DNA of 64,000 nucleotides from Eggerthellaceae bacterium (GTDB taxonomy: Bacteria; Actinomycetota; Coriobacteriia; Coriobacteriales; Eggerthellaceae): the NCBI GenBank assembly GCA_045614225.1, contig JAZLCO010000085.1, forward strand, positions 4,164 to 68,163, in the 5' to 3' direction. The notes beneath the pieces are model-generated. The model saw only the letters and a list, made by a program, of their open reading frames with translations, had not been told where the DNA came from and did not search any database. Position numbers and translations under genes: made by a program. Positions 19,420 to 27,833 of the stretch are shown here, piece after piece. Each line of letters starts with the position of its first letter. The first letter of the stretch is position 1.

Positions 19420-21396
19420 TTACAGCTCTAACGGCTTCATCTCGCGGTCGTTTCCTTCTGCCGCCTGTTTTTCCAAGATAACCGCTGTCGCCCCTGGCTT
19501 CCCAAATTCTGCAGCTGTCGCCAATGCTACCTCCAAGTCGCTTGGCGTACATTGCTCCCAATTGCAGGCGATTATCAGTTCGTCGAAGTAGCCGCTCTCT
19601 GCGAGCGCCTTCCACATTGCGTCAGTTGGCTTTACCGCATCGGCCGGAAGATGCCGTACGCAGCGTGCAAGCGCGTCATGGTTCTGCGCAGTCAGATAGC
19701 CCCTAACCGCCTTAAAACGTTCAACGAGATCGCCGGGCGCCACATTTTGGTAAACGTAGTCGGCGACATCATCGAAGCCCTTGTCAATCGTTGTGCCGAT
19801 TTTTTGCGATAGCATTTCGCTTCGCTTGGATTCCGGGGTCCCTTGCTCAAACATTTCGATTGCCAGACGGGTGTCGTCACACCCATCGAGCATTTTGAAG
19901 CCTAATGCTCCGACATCGCACTTCTTAAGCTGGCCGTTTTCGAAAAGCTTTCGCACGAGTGCAAACGCTTTGTCTTTGTGGCAATACTCGCCTGGCGATT
20001 CCGCCTTATAAGGCAGATAATCCACGTCTTCGGGATGCGCTTCGGGAGCGGCGAAGGAGAAAAACTGCCCTATTCTGTACCCAGAGAGGGCGCTAACGAC
20101 AAAGATGTCCTCTTCTAAATCGAATCCGCGCGCATACTTCCTGTCGTAACTCCACTGCCTTCCAGAGGCGATTAGCGAGGCTCCCTTTGCGCGGAGCGCG
20201 CGTGCGGTCTCCTCGTTTCCGTTCCGAATCGCAACGCATAATGCCGAAGCGAGGGATTCGGGCTTCCCGAAAAGCTTGAATACCGCACCGATCGTAGCCT
20301 TGTCTCCGTAGGCAGCAGCGCGCTCGAGCAAATCGACCACCTTATTCGGCTTCATCTTGCTCGCATAGGGCTCTAGTTCGTTCAACAGCTGAACGTTCGC
20401 GGTTTCCGCGCCTATTTGCGCGCTCTTGTAGCATTCCGTCATCGTTGGCTTCTTGGCTTTGCCTTTCGGAACCGAGTCGAAGGCAGCCAATATCGCGTGA
20501 TCCGCATCGTTCTTGTCAGATTTCTCGGATATCGTAGTTAGTATGTCTTGAATCGCCCCTTTTGAAAGCTTGAATTTCTTCAGAGACAAATCCACCAGGG
20601 CGACTTTGCCTTCTTCTGCGAAAGCAAGGATGAACGCTTTCGCCTTCGGCGATTTCACCGATCCGTCCTCGCTCGCCTCCAGAACCGCTTGGAAGATTTC
20701 AATTCGCCGCTCTTTGAAGAGGTCGTTGAGATTGAAGGCGCCTACATCAAGCTCGTCCGCAGCGTACTCCCTCACGATTTCGAACGTATGCCTGTTGCCC
20801 GTCGTGCGGATGGCACCCACCCAATCACACTTTGAGTAGTCGACATCGGAATAGCTCCAGCCCATGTGACCGAATACCAGGTCGCAGACCGGCTCCGAAC
20901 ACCAGTTGAGCACCGCCTCTTTCGGAATCCGCCAGGCCTCGGGTATTTCTTCGCCCATATCCATGAGTTTTGCGTCCTTGCCAAGCAAAATGCGGATGAT
21001 CCCAGCATCGTCGTCTCGCCAACAATTGCTAGCCCTGTCGTAGTCCGATGGTTGCTTGGCGGAATAAACGTGCGTCGCGTGCATTGGAAGCTTGACATCG
21101 CAATTGCCCAGTCTCTCGCATCGCCCAGCGACCGCTTCGAAAACCTTCAGCCAATCGCATTCCTTCGAACGGTCGAGAAAGAGATGCTCGATTCGTCTTC
21201 CTGCAATTTCAACACAAGGAAGGCCCTTACGATAGCCGTCAAACCTGAAGAAGTACCGCCTGCAAAGAGCCTGCGCGACCGGACTCCAATCAATCGAGAC
21301 GTCTTCGCTCATTAACTCGTTGCAATCGAAGTCCTTGTCAGTCAGAACCTTCAGGGTCAATTCCATAGTCGTTTCGTTGTATTGATCATCGGCCAT
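19420..21396 (-). CDS. 658-aa hypothetical protein; C-terminal about 350-aa ankyrin/helical-repeat-like module paralogous to that of the 836-aa neighbour
   Basis: ALCVAIRNGNEETARALRAKGASL is ankyrin-like. The C-terminus ends ...KPLEL, similar to the end of the 23068-25578 product. Confidence 0.55.
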   Translation of the reverse strand: MADDQYNETTMELTLKVLTDKDFDCNELMSEDVSIDWSPVAQALCRRYFFRFDGYRKGLPCVEIAGRRIEHLFLDRSKECDWLKVFEAVAGRCERLGNCDVKLPMHATHVYSAKQPSDYDRASNCWRDDDAGIIRILLGKDAKLMDMGEEIPEAWRIPKEAVLNWCSEPVCDLVFGHMGWSYSDVDYSKCDWVGAIRTTGNRHTFEIVREYAADELDVGAFNLNDLFKERRIEIFQAVLEASEDGSVKSPKAKAFILAFAEEGKVALVDLSLKKFKLSKGAIQDILTTISEKSDKNDADHAILAAFDSVPKGKAKKPTMTECYKSAQIGAETANVQLLNELEPYASKMKPNKVVDLLERAAAYGDKATIGAVFKLFGKPESLASALCVAIRNGNEETARALRAKGASLIASGRQWSYDRKYARGFDLEEDIFVVSALSGYRIGQFFSFAAPEAHPEDVDYLPYKAESPGEYCHKDKAFALVRKLFENGQLKKCDVGALGFKMLDGCDDTRLAIEMFEQGTPESKRSEMLSQKIGTTIDKGFDDVADYVYQNVAPGDLVERFKAVRGYLTAQNHDALARCVRHLPADAVKPTDAMWKALAESGYFDELIIACNWEQCTPSDLEVALATAAEFGKPGATAVILEKQAAEGNDREMKPLEL

Positions 21397-23065
21397 CCCG
21401 TCCTCCTATCTCGCTATCGCCAATGTGTTCGATTGCTTCATCGTATATCACTATCTGCGCTGCCCATGGCGGCACGCTTTCCTTCCTGTAATTATCGTCG
21501 TAAAAGACGAATGCGGCCTTGTAGTCGGGTATCCACTCGGGGTAAGCGCCAAAGCCATCTGTGAAGTACACCAAGCCGCCAAGGTTCTCGAACTCGCCAT
21601 CCTCGACGAGCTTGTCGACGTAGGCGAATGCGGGGCGGAAGTCGGTGCCGCCGCTCCCGAAAAGCCTCATCCTCCGACCCCATTCCTTCAACTCAGCCAA
21701 GTTGGTTATCGTATCGTCGGAGCGCACGGCGGCATCGCACTGGATGATCCGCACGTGCACGCGCTCGAAGAATGCCTCAGTCGATTTCAATATGTCGAAC
21801 GTCGTGTCGACGAATCGGCGCACGGTGCCGCCCCACACCGACCCACTCGTGTCGATGACGATGACGAACTCGCGAATGCGCTTCTCCTCGCGGTATTCAA
21901 GTGGCTCTATGAGCGGCAAGTTGCCGTACAGCTTCAGGCCGTAGGTGTAGAAGACGTAGTCAAATTCGTCTTCCGACACCTTGATCACCTCGCCGGGAAT
22001 CGCAAACTGCCTCAGGAAGTCTGCGTAGTCGACGCGGGTACGGGACGATTCCTCGAGCTCGTCAACGAGCCCGCTCAAGACCTTGCCCCTGCCTTTTGAA
22101 TAGGTTTGCAGGTTGATTGCCAGGCTCTTCGCCACGCGTCGCCATCCCTCCATCTCGGCGTTCCTGCTCGGACGAGCAACCTCTCTGAGAAACGCGCCCC
22201 TTCTAACGGATGCAACGCTTGCGGCATAGCTGCCAGGCAATCGACCTTGGCCTGATCTGGGAGCATCCGTGCTACCGACTGGGCCGCCGTTATCCGAGCC
22301 ATTCTCCCCCCGCGACGCCGATTGACCAGATTCGCCTACGCCACTTGCCATTCCACCAGCATCGCCGATGTCGTTTGATTCGCCGGCACCTTCACCATCG
22401 TGACGTGAGCCGCCTTCGCCGATTTCATCCAACCCTTGCAGGCCATTGACCCCTGATGTTTGCTCGCCGGTTCCGGGATGCTGTCCCTCGCCAGCCCCAG
22501 CATCACCCGCATTCCCATCGTCAGCTGAAGATAGGTACCAGGGCATATGGTCGTCGGCGGCGAACAGGAGCTCCCAGTCACCGACGTTATCGGACCACCT
22601 TCCAGCGCGTAGCTCGCGGTACACTTTCTCGGCGCTCAGACGAGGGCCCATAACTTCCTCGATTTCCCCAATCGCTGATTCGATGCACTTCGCGCGCCTC
22701 CCCCCGCGCGTACCGCACACCTCCGAAACGAGCTTCTCGACCACAATGTCGCAAGCAACGTCCCACAGTCTCCCGTCAATCATCGGCCCCACGTATGGAT
22801 GCAGGAAGACGCAGTGGAGTACAGAATGCAGGAAATCGTGCTTGGGCGGTTCCTTTGCGTTCAGGAACATGCTGCAGACCTGGGCAGAGTCTATGCCGAG
22901 CTCGAAGCCGTTTGTTGCCATGGGCATGAGGAAGCGTCCGGGCACCATCCTCAATCTGCCGACGGCGGCTGATAGGAAGTGGTTATCTGCAAGAACTAGG
23001 GCTTTCGCGAGCTCGATTACCTTAACGGCCGCGAGGTCCTGATTTGTTAAATCGCTGCTTTCCAA
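21386..23065 (-). CDS. VWA-domain protein with N-terminal putative metallopeptidase-like domain (DUF2201-type) and a Gly/Ser/Asp/Glu-rich linker
   Basis: The MIDAS motif VIVIDTSGSVWG is present, with FGSGGTDF downstream. The N-terminal half has a His-rich LHSVLHCVFLHPYV, and a low-complexity linker lies between the two halves. This is the classic genomic partner of MoxR ATPases. Confidence 0.75.
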   Translation of the reverse strand: MESSDLTNQDLAAVKVIELAKALVLADNHFLSAAVGRLRMVPGRFLMPMATNGFELGIDSAQVCSMFLNAKEPPKHDFLHSVLHCVFLHPYVGPMIDGRLWDVACDIVVEKLVSEVCGTRGGRRAKCIESAIGEIEEVMGPRLSAEKVYRELRAGRWSDNVGDWELLFAADDHMPWYLSSADDGNAGDAGAGEGQHPGTGEQTSGVNGLQGLDEIGEGGSRHDGEGAGESNDIGDAGGMASGVGESGQSASRGENGSDNGGPVGSTDAPRSGQGRLPGSYAASVASVRRGAFLREVARPSRNAEMEGWRRVAKSLAINLQTYSKGRGKVLSGLVDELEESSRTRVDYADFLRQFAIPGEVIKVSEDEFDYVFYTYGLKLYGNLPLIEPLEYREEKRIREFVIVIDTSGSVWGGTVRRFVDTTFDILKSTEAFFERVHVRIIQCDAAVRSDDTITNLAELKEWGRRMRLFGSGGTDFRPAFAYVDKLVEDGEFENLGGLVYFTDGFGAYPEWIPDYKAAFVFYDDNYRKESVPPWAAQIVIYDEAIEHIGDSEIGGRDGR

Positions 23066-23067
23066 TC

Positions 23068-25578
23068 TTAGAGCTCCAAGCTATTGGCGGAGGCGCCCTC
23101 GAACATGTTTCCTTTCAGATCCATGAGCAGAGCCGCGGTCGAAGCCTTCCCCGCTGAAGAAGCGGACTCTATCGCCTTTTGCATCATTTTTTCAGTAATT
23201 GCACCATCCCATTTGCAGACAATCTTAATCTCGGAATCGTACCCGCTTTGCGCTAGCAGGTTCAGCAACGCACCCGTATTCTTAAAGCCCTTTGGGTCTA
23301 GATGCGGTACGAGCGCTCTGACGACTTCGGGATCTTGCTTGAGGTAGCGTTGATCCCACATGCTGGAAATGCGCTCAGGCGCAATCGAACAGACGGCTTT
23401 TGCGACGACGGTCGAGCAACCGGGGTACAGTAGGTCTTCGATATCGCATATATCTGCATGATGGTTCTGAGGCCCTCGCTGAACGTGCAGGGTAACGTAT
23501 TCCTCGTTCAGGCCGCCGCACTTTGCGAGCAATCTGGCAAGCTTAGGTTTTGGTTTTCCGCACATGTATATGGAATCTGATGATTCCGCGAGGCATGCGA
23601 GCATCAAGCCTTTCAGGTCCTTTGGGCAGAGCATGCCCTCTTCCGCATATGCGGATACAAGGCCATCGCTCTTCGATGACAGGGCGCATTGGTATATATA
23701 GTCAGGATTCGGCGGCGTATCCACATGTCGCCCGACACCCATCCTCCCCGGAATGTCGAGACCGTCTTCGCAAAGGACATCGTCAATGTATCGCTTTTGC
23801 CTGTTTGCCTGTTTTGAAAACGTGTCCCCTTTGAGCAAGGCGGGGACCATCGGCATCCCGAGAGTCACACCATGCTCCATCAGAGTTCGGGCGTTGTCGT
23901 CGTTCCCGAAGGCGATTGCATAACACAGGGCAATACTCGGCATCTCGAACTTTCCGAAGATTGCATAAAGCCGCTCTACGACCTCCGCATCACCCTTAAT
24001 TGCCCCATATTTAAGCAACCTCACGGCTTCGATGGGATTGACCTTGCCTGCAACGGGATCTAAGGCGTCAAGGCCGCTCGCATCGCCCTTGCGCATCGCC
24101 TCGATTGCCGCTGCGGTTAACTGCGCCACGCTCGCCCTTTTGGGTTTCGCCGCATCCTCTTTTGCTTTTTGCGCAAGCCCAGCAGACCTATATCCCAACT
24201 CCTCTAGCAATCTGGAACAGACGACGTCGCCGTCTTCGTCGAATGCCTTCGCCGCCTTCTTCGCATTTTTCTTAATGTATGCGGCATACTCGTCTTCCAT
24301 CGCACCACCGACAGCATGTCCGCACTTGGAATCAACGAGCCTCGTGACGGCAACCCTAATCTTATCCTCGAACTTCTTGATGCTCCCGTCATGGAAGCGG
24401 GAGTCGATTGCGTCGAAAGCGATACCGCTCGACAGTTCTGCAGCAATCGCGCCAGTGAGGTTTCCCTCGGGGGGAGTGTAGCCAGCCCGTGCGCAGCCTG
24501 CACCGTCTGCGCTGGCAACTGCGACGACGGTTCCCTTTGACGCTGCTAGATGCTCTTCAAAAGCACTTGCACAAGCGCTCGGCAGAATCACTGACTTTGT
24601 CCCGTAAAACGCCCCAGGAGCGATACTCTTCACCGTTTCGGGGATGGCCAAGGAGAGCTTAGCGCATTCCTCAAAGGCTCCCTCTTCTATGGTTATCAAA
24701 CTATCGGGAAGGTTGATTTCGCTGAAATCATACCTGCAACCATAGAACATATTTTCTGCGATTGCCGTTATCCCATCACCCAATTTTGCAGATTTAAGGT
24801 GCGAGCAATCGCTAAAAGCGCCATTTCGAGTTACTACGGTGTGGCCGAAAACGTTCCTGTTTCGTGTGGTCTCATGCGAAAAAGCATTAATACCTGAAGG
24901 TATGGTTACGTTTTTGACTCCAGAATATGCGAAAGCCCTTGGGCAGACTTCTTCAATATTGGAAGTGAGCACAACCATGTTAATAGTTGTTTTCTTGAAT
25001 GCGCCGGGAGCAATCCTTTTAACAGACTCTGGAACCACAAACTTCTTGACGGGTTTCTGCGTTGGCGGGAATAGCGCTAGCGTTTCGCCGCCGTCGGTGT
25101 ACAGGACTCCGTCAACGGATACGTTAGCCATTCCATCTCCGACAACTTTAATCGGACCATCGCAGCCATATCGAGTGCTATTAATTTCCGCACCTGCGGA
25201 AATGATAACCTCGTCGAATAGCGGTTCATTTGAATAAGAAACCCCCATCATCGGAAATGCTTCGAACCGCCTGACGCGGCGCAAATCGCATACCCCTTCG
25301 ACGATTTCCATATCCCTCGGGTCATCGCTTACGGAGTAGGTGACGACGCCCTTCACGTACCGGATATCCTCTATCGCTTCAGCCGCCATCACCTCGAGCG
25401 TATCGGGCAGGAGGAGGTATTTCACCTTGGAGCCATAACGGATGCACCCCTTTCCCAAAGAGCGTACACCGTAGGGGACAATCGCTCTGCCGTCGGGCTC
25501 TATGGCGGGAATCTCTCTAAGACGCCCGCTGTCGTCCGCAAACCCTGATCGAATGGCCTCTTCAAGATTCATAATCAC
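23068..25578 (-). CDS. 836-aa cytoplasmic LRR (BspA-type) plus ankyrin/helical-repeat protein
   Basis: Contains LRR_5 repeats (NMFYGCRYDFSEINLPDSLITIEEGAFEECAKL). The segment ALCYAIAFGNDDNARTLMEHGVTL is ankyrin-like. No signal peptide is visible. Confidence 0.6.
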   Translation of the reverse strand: MIMNLEEAIRSGFADDSGRLREIPAIEPDGRAIVPYGVRSLGKGCIRYGSKVKYLLLPDTLEVMAAEAIEDIRYVKGVVTYSVSDDPRDMEIVEGVCDLRRVRRFEAFPMMGVSYSNEPLFDEVIISAGAEINSTRYGCDGPIKVVGDGMANVSVDGVLYTDGGETLALFPPTQKPVKKFVVPESVKRIAPGAFKKTTINMVVLTSNIEEVCPRAFAYSGVKNVTIPSGINAFSHETTRNRNVFGHTVVTRNGAFSDCSHLKSAKLGDGITAIAENMFYGCRYDFSEINLPDSLITIEEGAFEECAKLSLAIPETVKSIAPGAFYGTKSVILPSACASAFEEHLAASKGTVVAVASADGAGCARAGYTPPEGNLTGAIAAELSSGIAFDAIDSRFHDGSIKKFEDKIRVAVTRLVDSKCGHAVGGAMEDEYAAYIKKNAKKAAKAFDEDGDVVCSRLLEELGYRSAGLAQKAKEDAAKPKRASVAQLTAAAIEAMRKGDASGLDALDPVAGKVNPIEAVRLLKYGAIKGDAEVVERLYAIFGKFEMPSIALCYAIAFGNDDNARTLMEHGVTLGMPMVPALLKGDTFSKQANRQKRYIDDVLCEDGLDIPGRMGVGRHVDTPPNPDYIYQCALSSKSDGLVSAYAEEGMLCPKDLKGLMLACLAESSDSIYMCGKPKPKLARLLAKCGGLNEEYVTLHVQRGPQNHHADICDIEDLLYPGCSTVVAKAVCSIAPERISSMWDQRYLKQDPEVVRALVPHLDPKGFKNTGALLNLLAQSGYDSEIKIVCKWDGAITEKMMQKAIESASSAGKASTAALLMDLKGNMFEGASANSLEL

Positions 25579-25580
25579 TC

Positions 25581-25781
25581 CTATCCATCAGTGGAGAATC
25601 TGCGCAAATCAACACCTATTCGTTCAGCCATCTCACAAAGCTCCTCGCCGCTCGCTCTTTCAACGTCAACAACGTCGAGCACAGCAGCTGAAAACCCCGA
25701 CATCATCGCCGAGCCGCAGTAGTCAAGCATGTAGTTGTGAAGTTTGTCTACGTCGATAGTTGCCAACTTTCTCCCTTGCAT
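25581..25781 (-). CDS. 66-aa hypothetical protein, first gene of the eight-gene operon
   Basis: The ORF ends 2 nt before the next start. A degraded paralogue lies just upstream (25975-26163). Confidence 0.5.
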   Translation of the reverse strand: MQGRKLATIDVDKLHNYMLDYCGSAMMSGFSAAVLDVVDVERASGEELCEMAERIGVDLRRFSTDG

Positions 25782-25974
25782 TCAATTGTAGACATCTTTT
25801 GCTTGCTTGCCTTGTCTGCAAAAATGGTAATCGCGCTCTTATTTGCGTTGAATGCGACCCTGCCTCGTGAAGCCAATGCCGTCAATCATAGATGCTTGAA
25901 TACTCAAAGTGCCATTTGCAATGCTTTCTAGCAGCCGCGTTTCCTTCCATGCCGCGTCACCATTAGATACATCA

Positions 25975-26163
25975 TTCCCTCAGCACAATGAACTGATAAA
26001 AATCGATTCCTGCATGTTCGGCCATGAGGCCAAGCTCTTGAGCGGCCGCTCGTGCTACATCGACAATGTCGAAAGAAGCTGCAGGAGAAGATCACGATAT
26101 CACGGTAGAGCTACGGAGGTTCATCATGCGGTCGCGCGAGCTATCGATGTCAACCGTTGTCAT
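25975..26163 (-). pseudogene. paralogue of the 66-aa leader gene interrupted by one in-frame TGA
   Basis: My own translation is MTTVDIDSSRDRMMNLRSSTVIS*SSPAASFDIVDVARAAAQELGLMAEHAGIDFYQFIVLRE. It aligns with ATIDVD...SAAVLDVVDVERASGEELCEMAERIGVDLRRF of the 25581-25781 product. The internal TGA is at 26092-26094. Confidence 0.6.
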
Positions 26164-26251
26164 ATTTCCTCATCGCACAAGCGCTGATATTTCTGTGTTG
26201 TCGCCTCGTCTGCCAAATGCCATTAATGCTCGTGATTGTTCAAAGCAAAAC

Positions 26252-27121
26252 TCATCTCGATAAGCCAATACCCTCAATTACGCATGCTCGAATGTTTGTA
26301 ATAGCGTTATCCGATGAAGCGAACTCCAAAATGGCCATGTTATTAATGTCGGCCACGGTGTTTTTCCATGTCCCCTTTTCGCAGTCGGCGTTTTCGAAGC
26401 AGAGCAAGACTCGAGCGCCTAGCCGGTCGAGATTCTCTGCGTCGCAATCGAACCCCTTGAGGATCAATTCGAAAGCCTCCCCCGAGAGCTCATGACCATC
26501 GAATTCGTATACAGCCAAAACGGCCTCGTCGTCGGCGTAGTTTCCGTCTGGCATATAGGGCTCCATGTCGAAGAATTGGAACTCTATCTCGTCGGATTTC
26601 TCTTCAATACCCTCAAAAAAGTGGGGTATAACCTTTTCGCGTAAAAGGTCGATTCCTGCAGTCTCGATCATCTCCAGTAACGTTCCCTCGTCGCTTCCGA
26701 GAACGCTTCGCCATTCCGCCGCCGACATGGAAACGTTTATCTTTAACGTGTCCTCGAAGCACCATTCGAATCCGCGCGTATGGGAGAGGTCGACAACCTT
26801 GGCCTCTGCGGCCCCGTAGAGTTCATATCCATCGACGCCAAAATCGCTCTCGTAGATTATCGCGCCACCCGATCGTCCTTCTAATGCCCCGATTGCATTC
26901 ATAGCTGTTCCGATATCCGAACCCGGGGCGCCGTGCGATTCTCCATGGGCCTTAATCGAGATGTCAACGTATCCGCCGCCTTGCTCGAAGCTCTTCTCTC
27001 TGATTTCCCAGTGATCCGGCAGTTGATTGACGGCTTTACGAATCTCGCCAACGGCAGCATCAGCGCCATTGTCGTCCAAAAAAACTCGGGAACGTGCTGT
27101 TACGAATTGATACCAGGACAT
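26252..27121 (-). CDS. 289-aa acidic hypothetical protein
   Basis: A long ORF with a GAAAGGTGA RBS-like sequence upstream. I recognised no motif. Confidence 0.5.
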   Translation of the reverse strand: MSWYQFVTARSRVFLDDNGADAAVGEIRKAVNQLPDHWEIREKSFEQGGGYVDISIKAHGESHGAPGSDIGTAMNAIGALEGRSGGAIIYESDFGVDGYELYGAAEAKVVDLSHTRGFEWCFEDTLKINVSMSAAEWRSVLGSDEGTLLEMIETAGIDLLREKVIPHFFEGIEEKSDEIEFQFFDMEPYMPDGNYADDEAVLAVYEFDGHELSGEAFELILKGFDCDAENLDRLGARVLLCFENADCEKGTWKNTVADINNMAILEFASSDNAITNIRACVIEGIGLSR

Positions 27122-27248
27122 CGCATCACCTTTCTATGAAAAACGCTTCATTCCGTACGTTCGTCTCTTCGTTCGCTGCAAATCTGAAGGGCCAAATTGA
27201 AATTGAATTCTCAGCAATCACTCGCATTGGCACAACCCACCTCAATAG

Positions 27249-27710
27249 TCATTCACGGTTCTTGCGCCCATCTACCGCGCGGTTGAAGCTTCCGACTCTG
27301 CTTTTCAGTGTTTTGGCAAGTTGCTCGCCTTCCAATGCAAACTCTTCGAGTCCATCCGTCGAAAGCTTTCGGTTCAAAAGGTCATGGATGAGCGGATTGC
27401 GGCGCTCCTTCCAGGACCGCAGAGAGGCTATCAACTCTGGCGAAAAGTATCTGCAAGCCAGCTCGGACCGCTCCTCGCAAAGCTTCTCCAACTTGTTGAG
27501 CTTGGCGGTTATTGTCTTCTGCCTATTGGGATTGAAGGCGCTCGCGTGCCTCAACACCGATTCCAGCCGATCTTCGATAATCGCATACTCGATGAAGACA
27601 GCCTCCAGATAGAAATTGTTGCGCAGTGCCCTGGAAAGCCGCCGCATCTGCTCGGCATAGTTATCGCGCTTCTGCAGGTTGTCAGTCTCGTCCGTCATTA
27701 TCGTCCTCAT
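27249..27710 (-). CDS. 153-aa all-helical protein with candidate HEPN R-x4-H motif
   Basis: The ERRNPLIHD motif (RNPLIH fits R-x4-H) sits in the C-terminal half of a predicted helical protein. Confidence 0.35.
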   Translation of the reverse strand: MRTIMTDETDNLQKRDNYAEQMRRLSRALRNNFYLEAVFIEYAIIEDRLESVLRHASAFNPNRQKTITAKLNKLEKLCEERSELACRYFSPELIASLRSWKERRNPLIHDLLNRKLSTDGLEEFALEGEQLAKTLKSRVGSFNRAVDGRKNRE

Positions 27711-27833
27711 TTCAGGTCATATGCGTATTTTCGCATGGTTGGTTGATAATGTTGCCGCAATATCGGAAAGCCTTTGCTGCTCGTATCAAATACATGCCTC
27801 GCTGTACATGATTGCGTACAGGCAAGGTGTTTT

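Noticed and set aside
26092-26094. The in-frame TGA in the small-gene paralogue read as selenocysteine or programmed read-through.
   Set aside because: No SECIS-like hairpin is evident immediately downstream, and the aligned residue in the intact copy is Gly. A simple nonsense mutation (GGA to TGA) is the more economical explanation.
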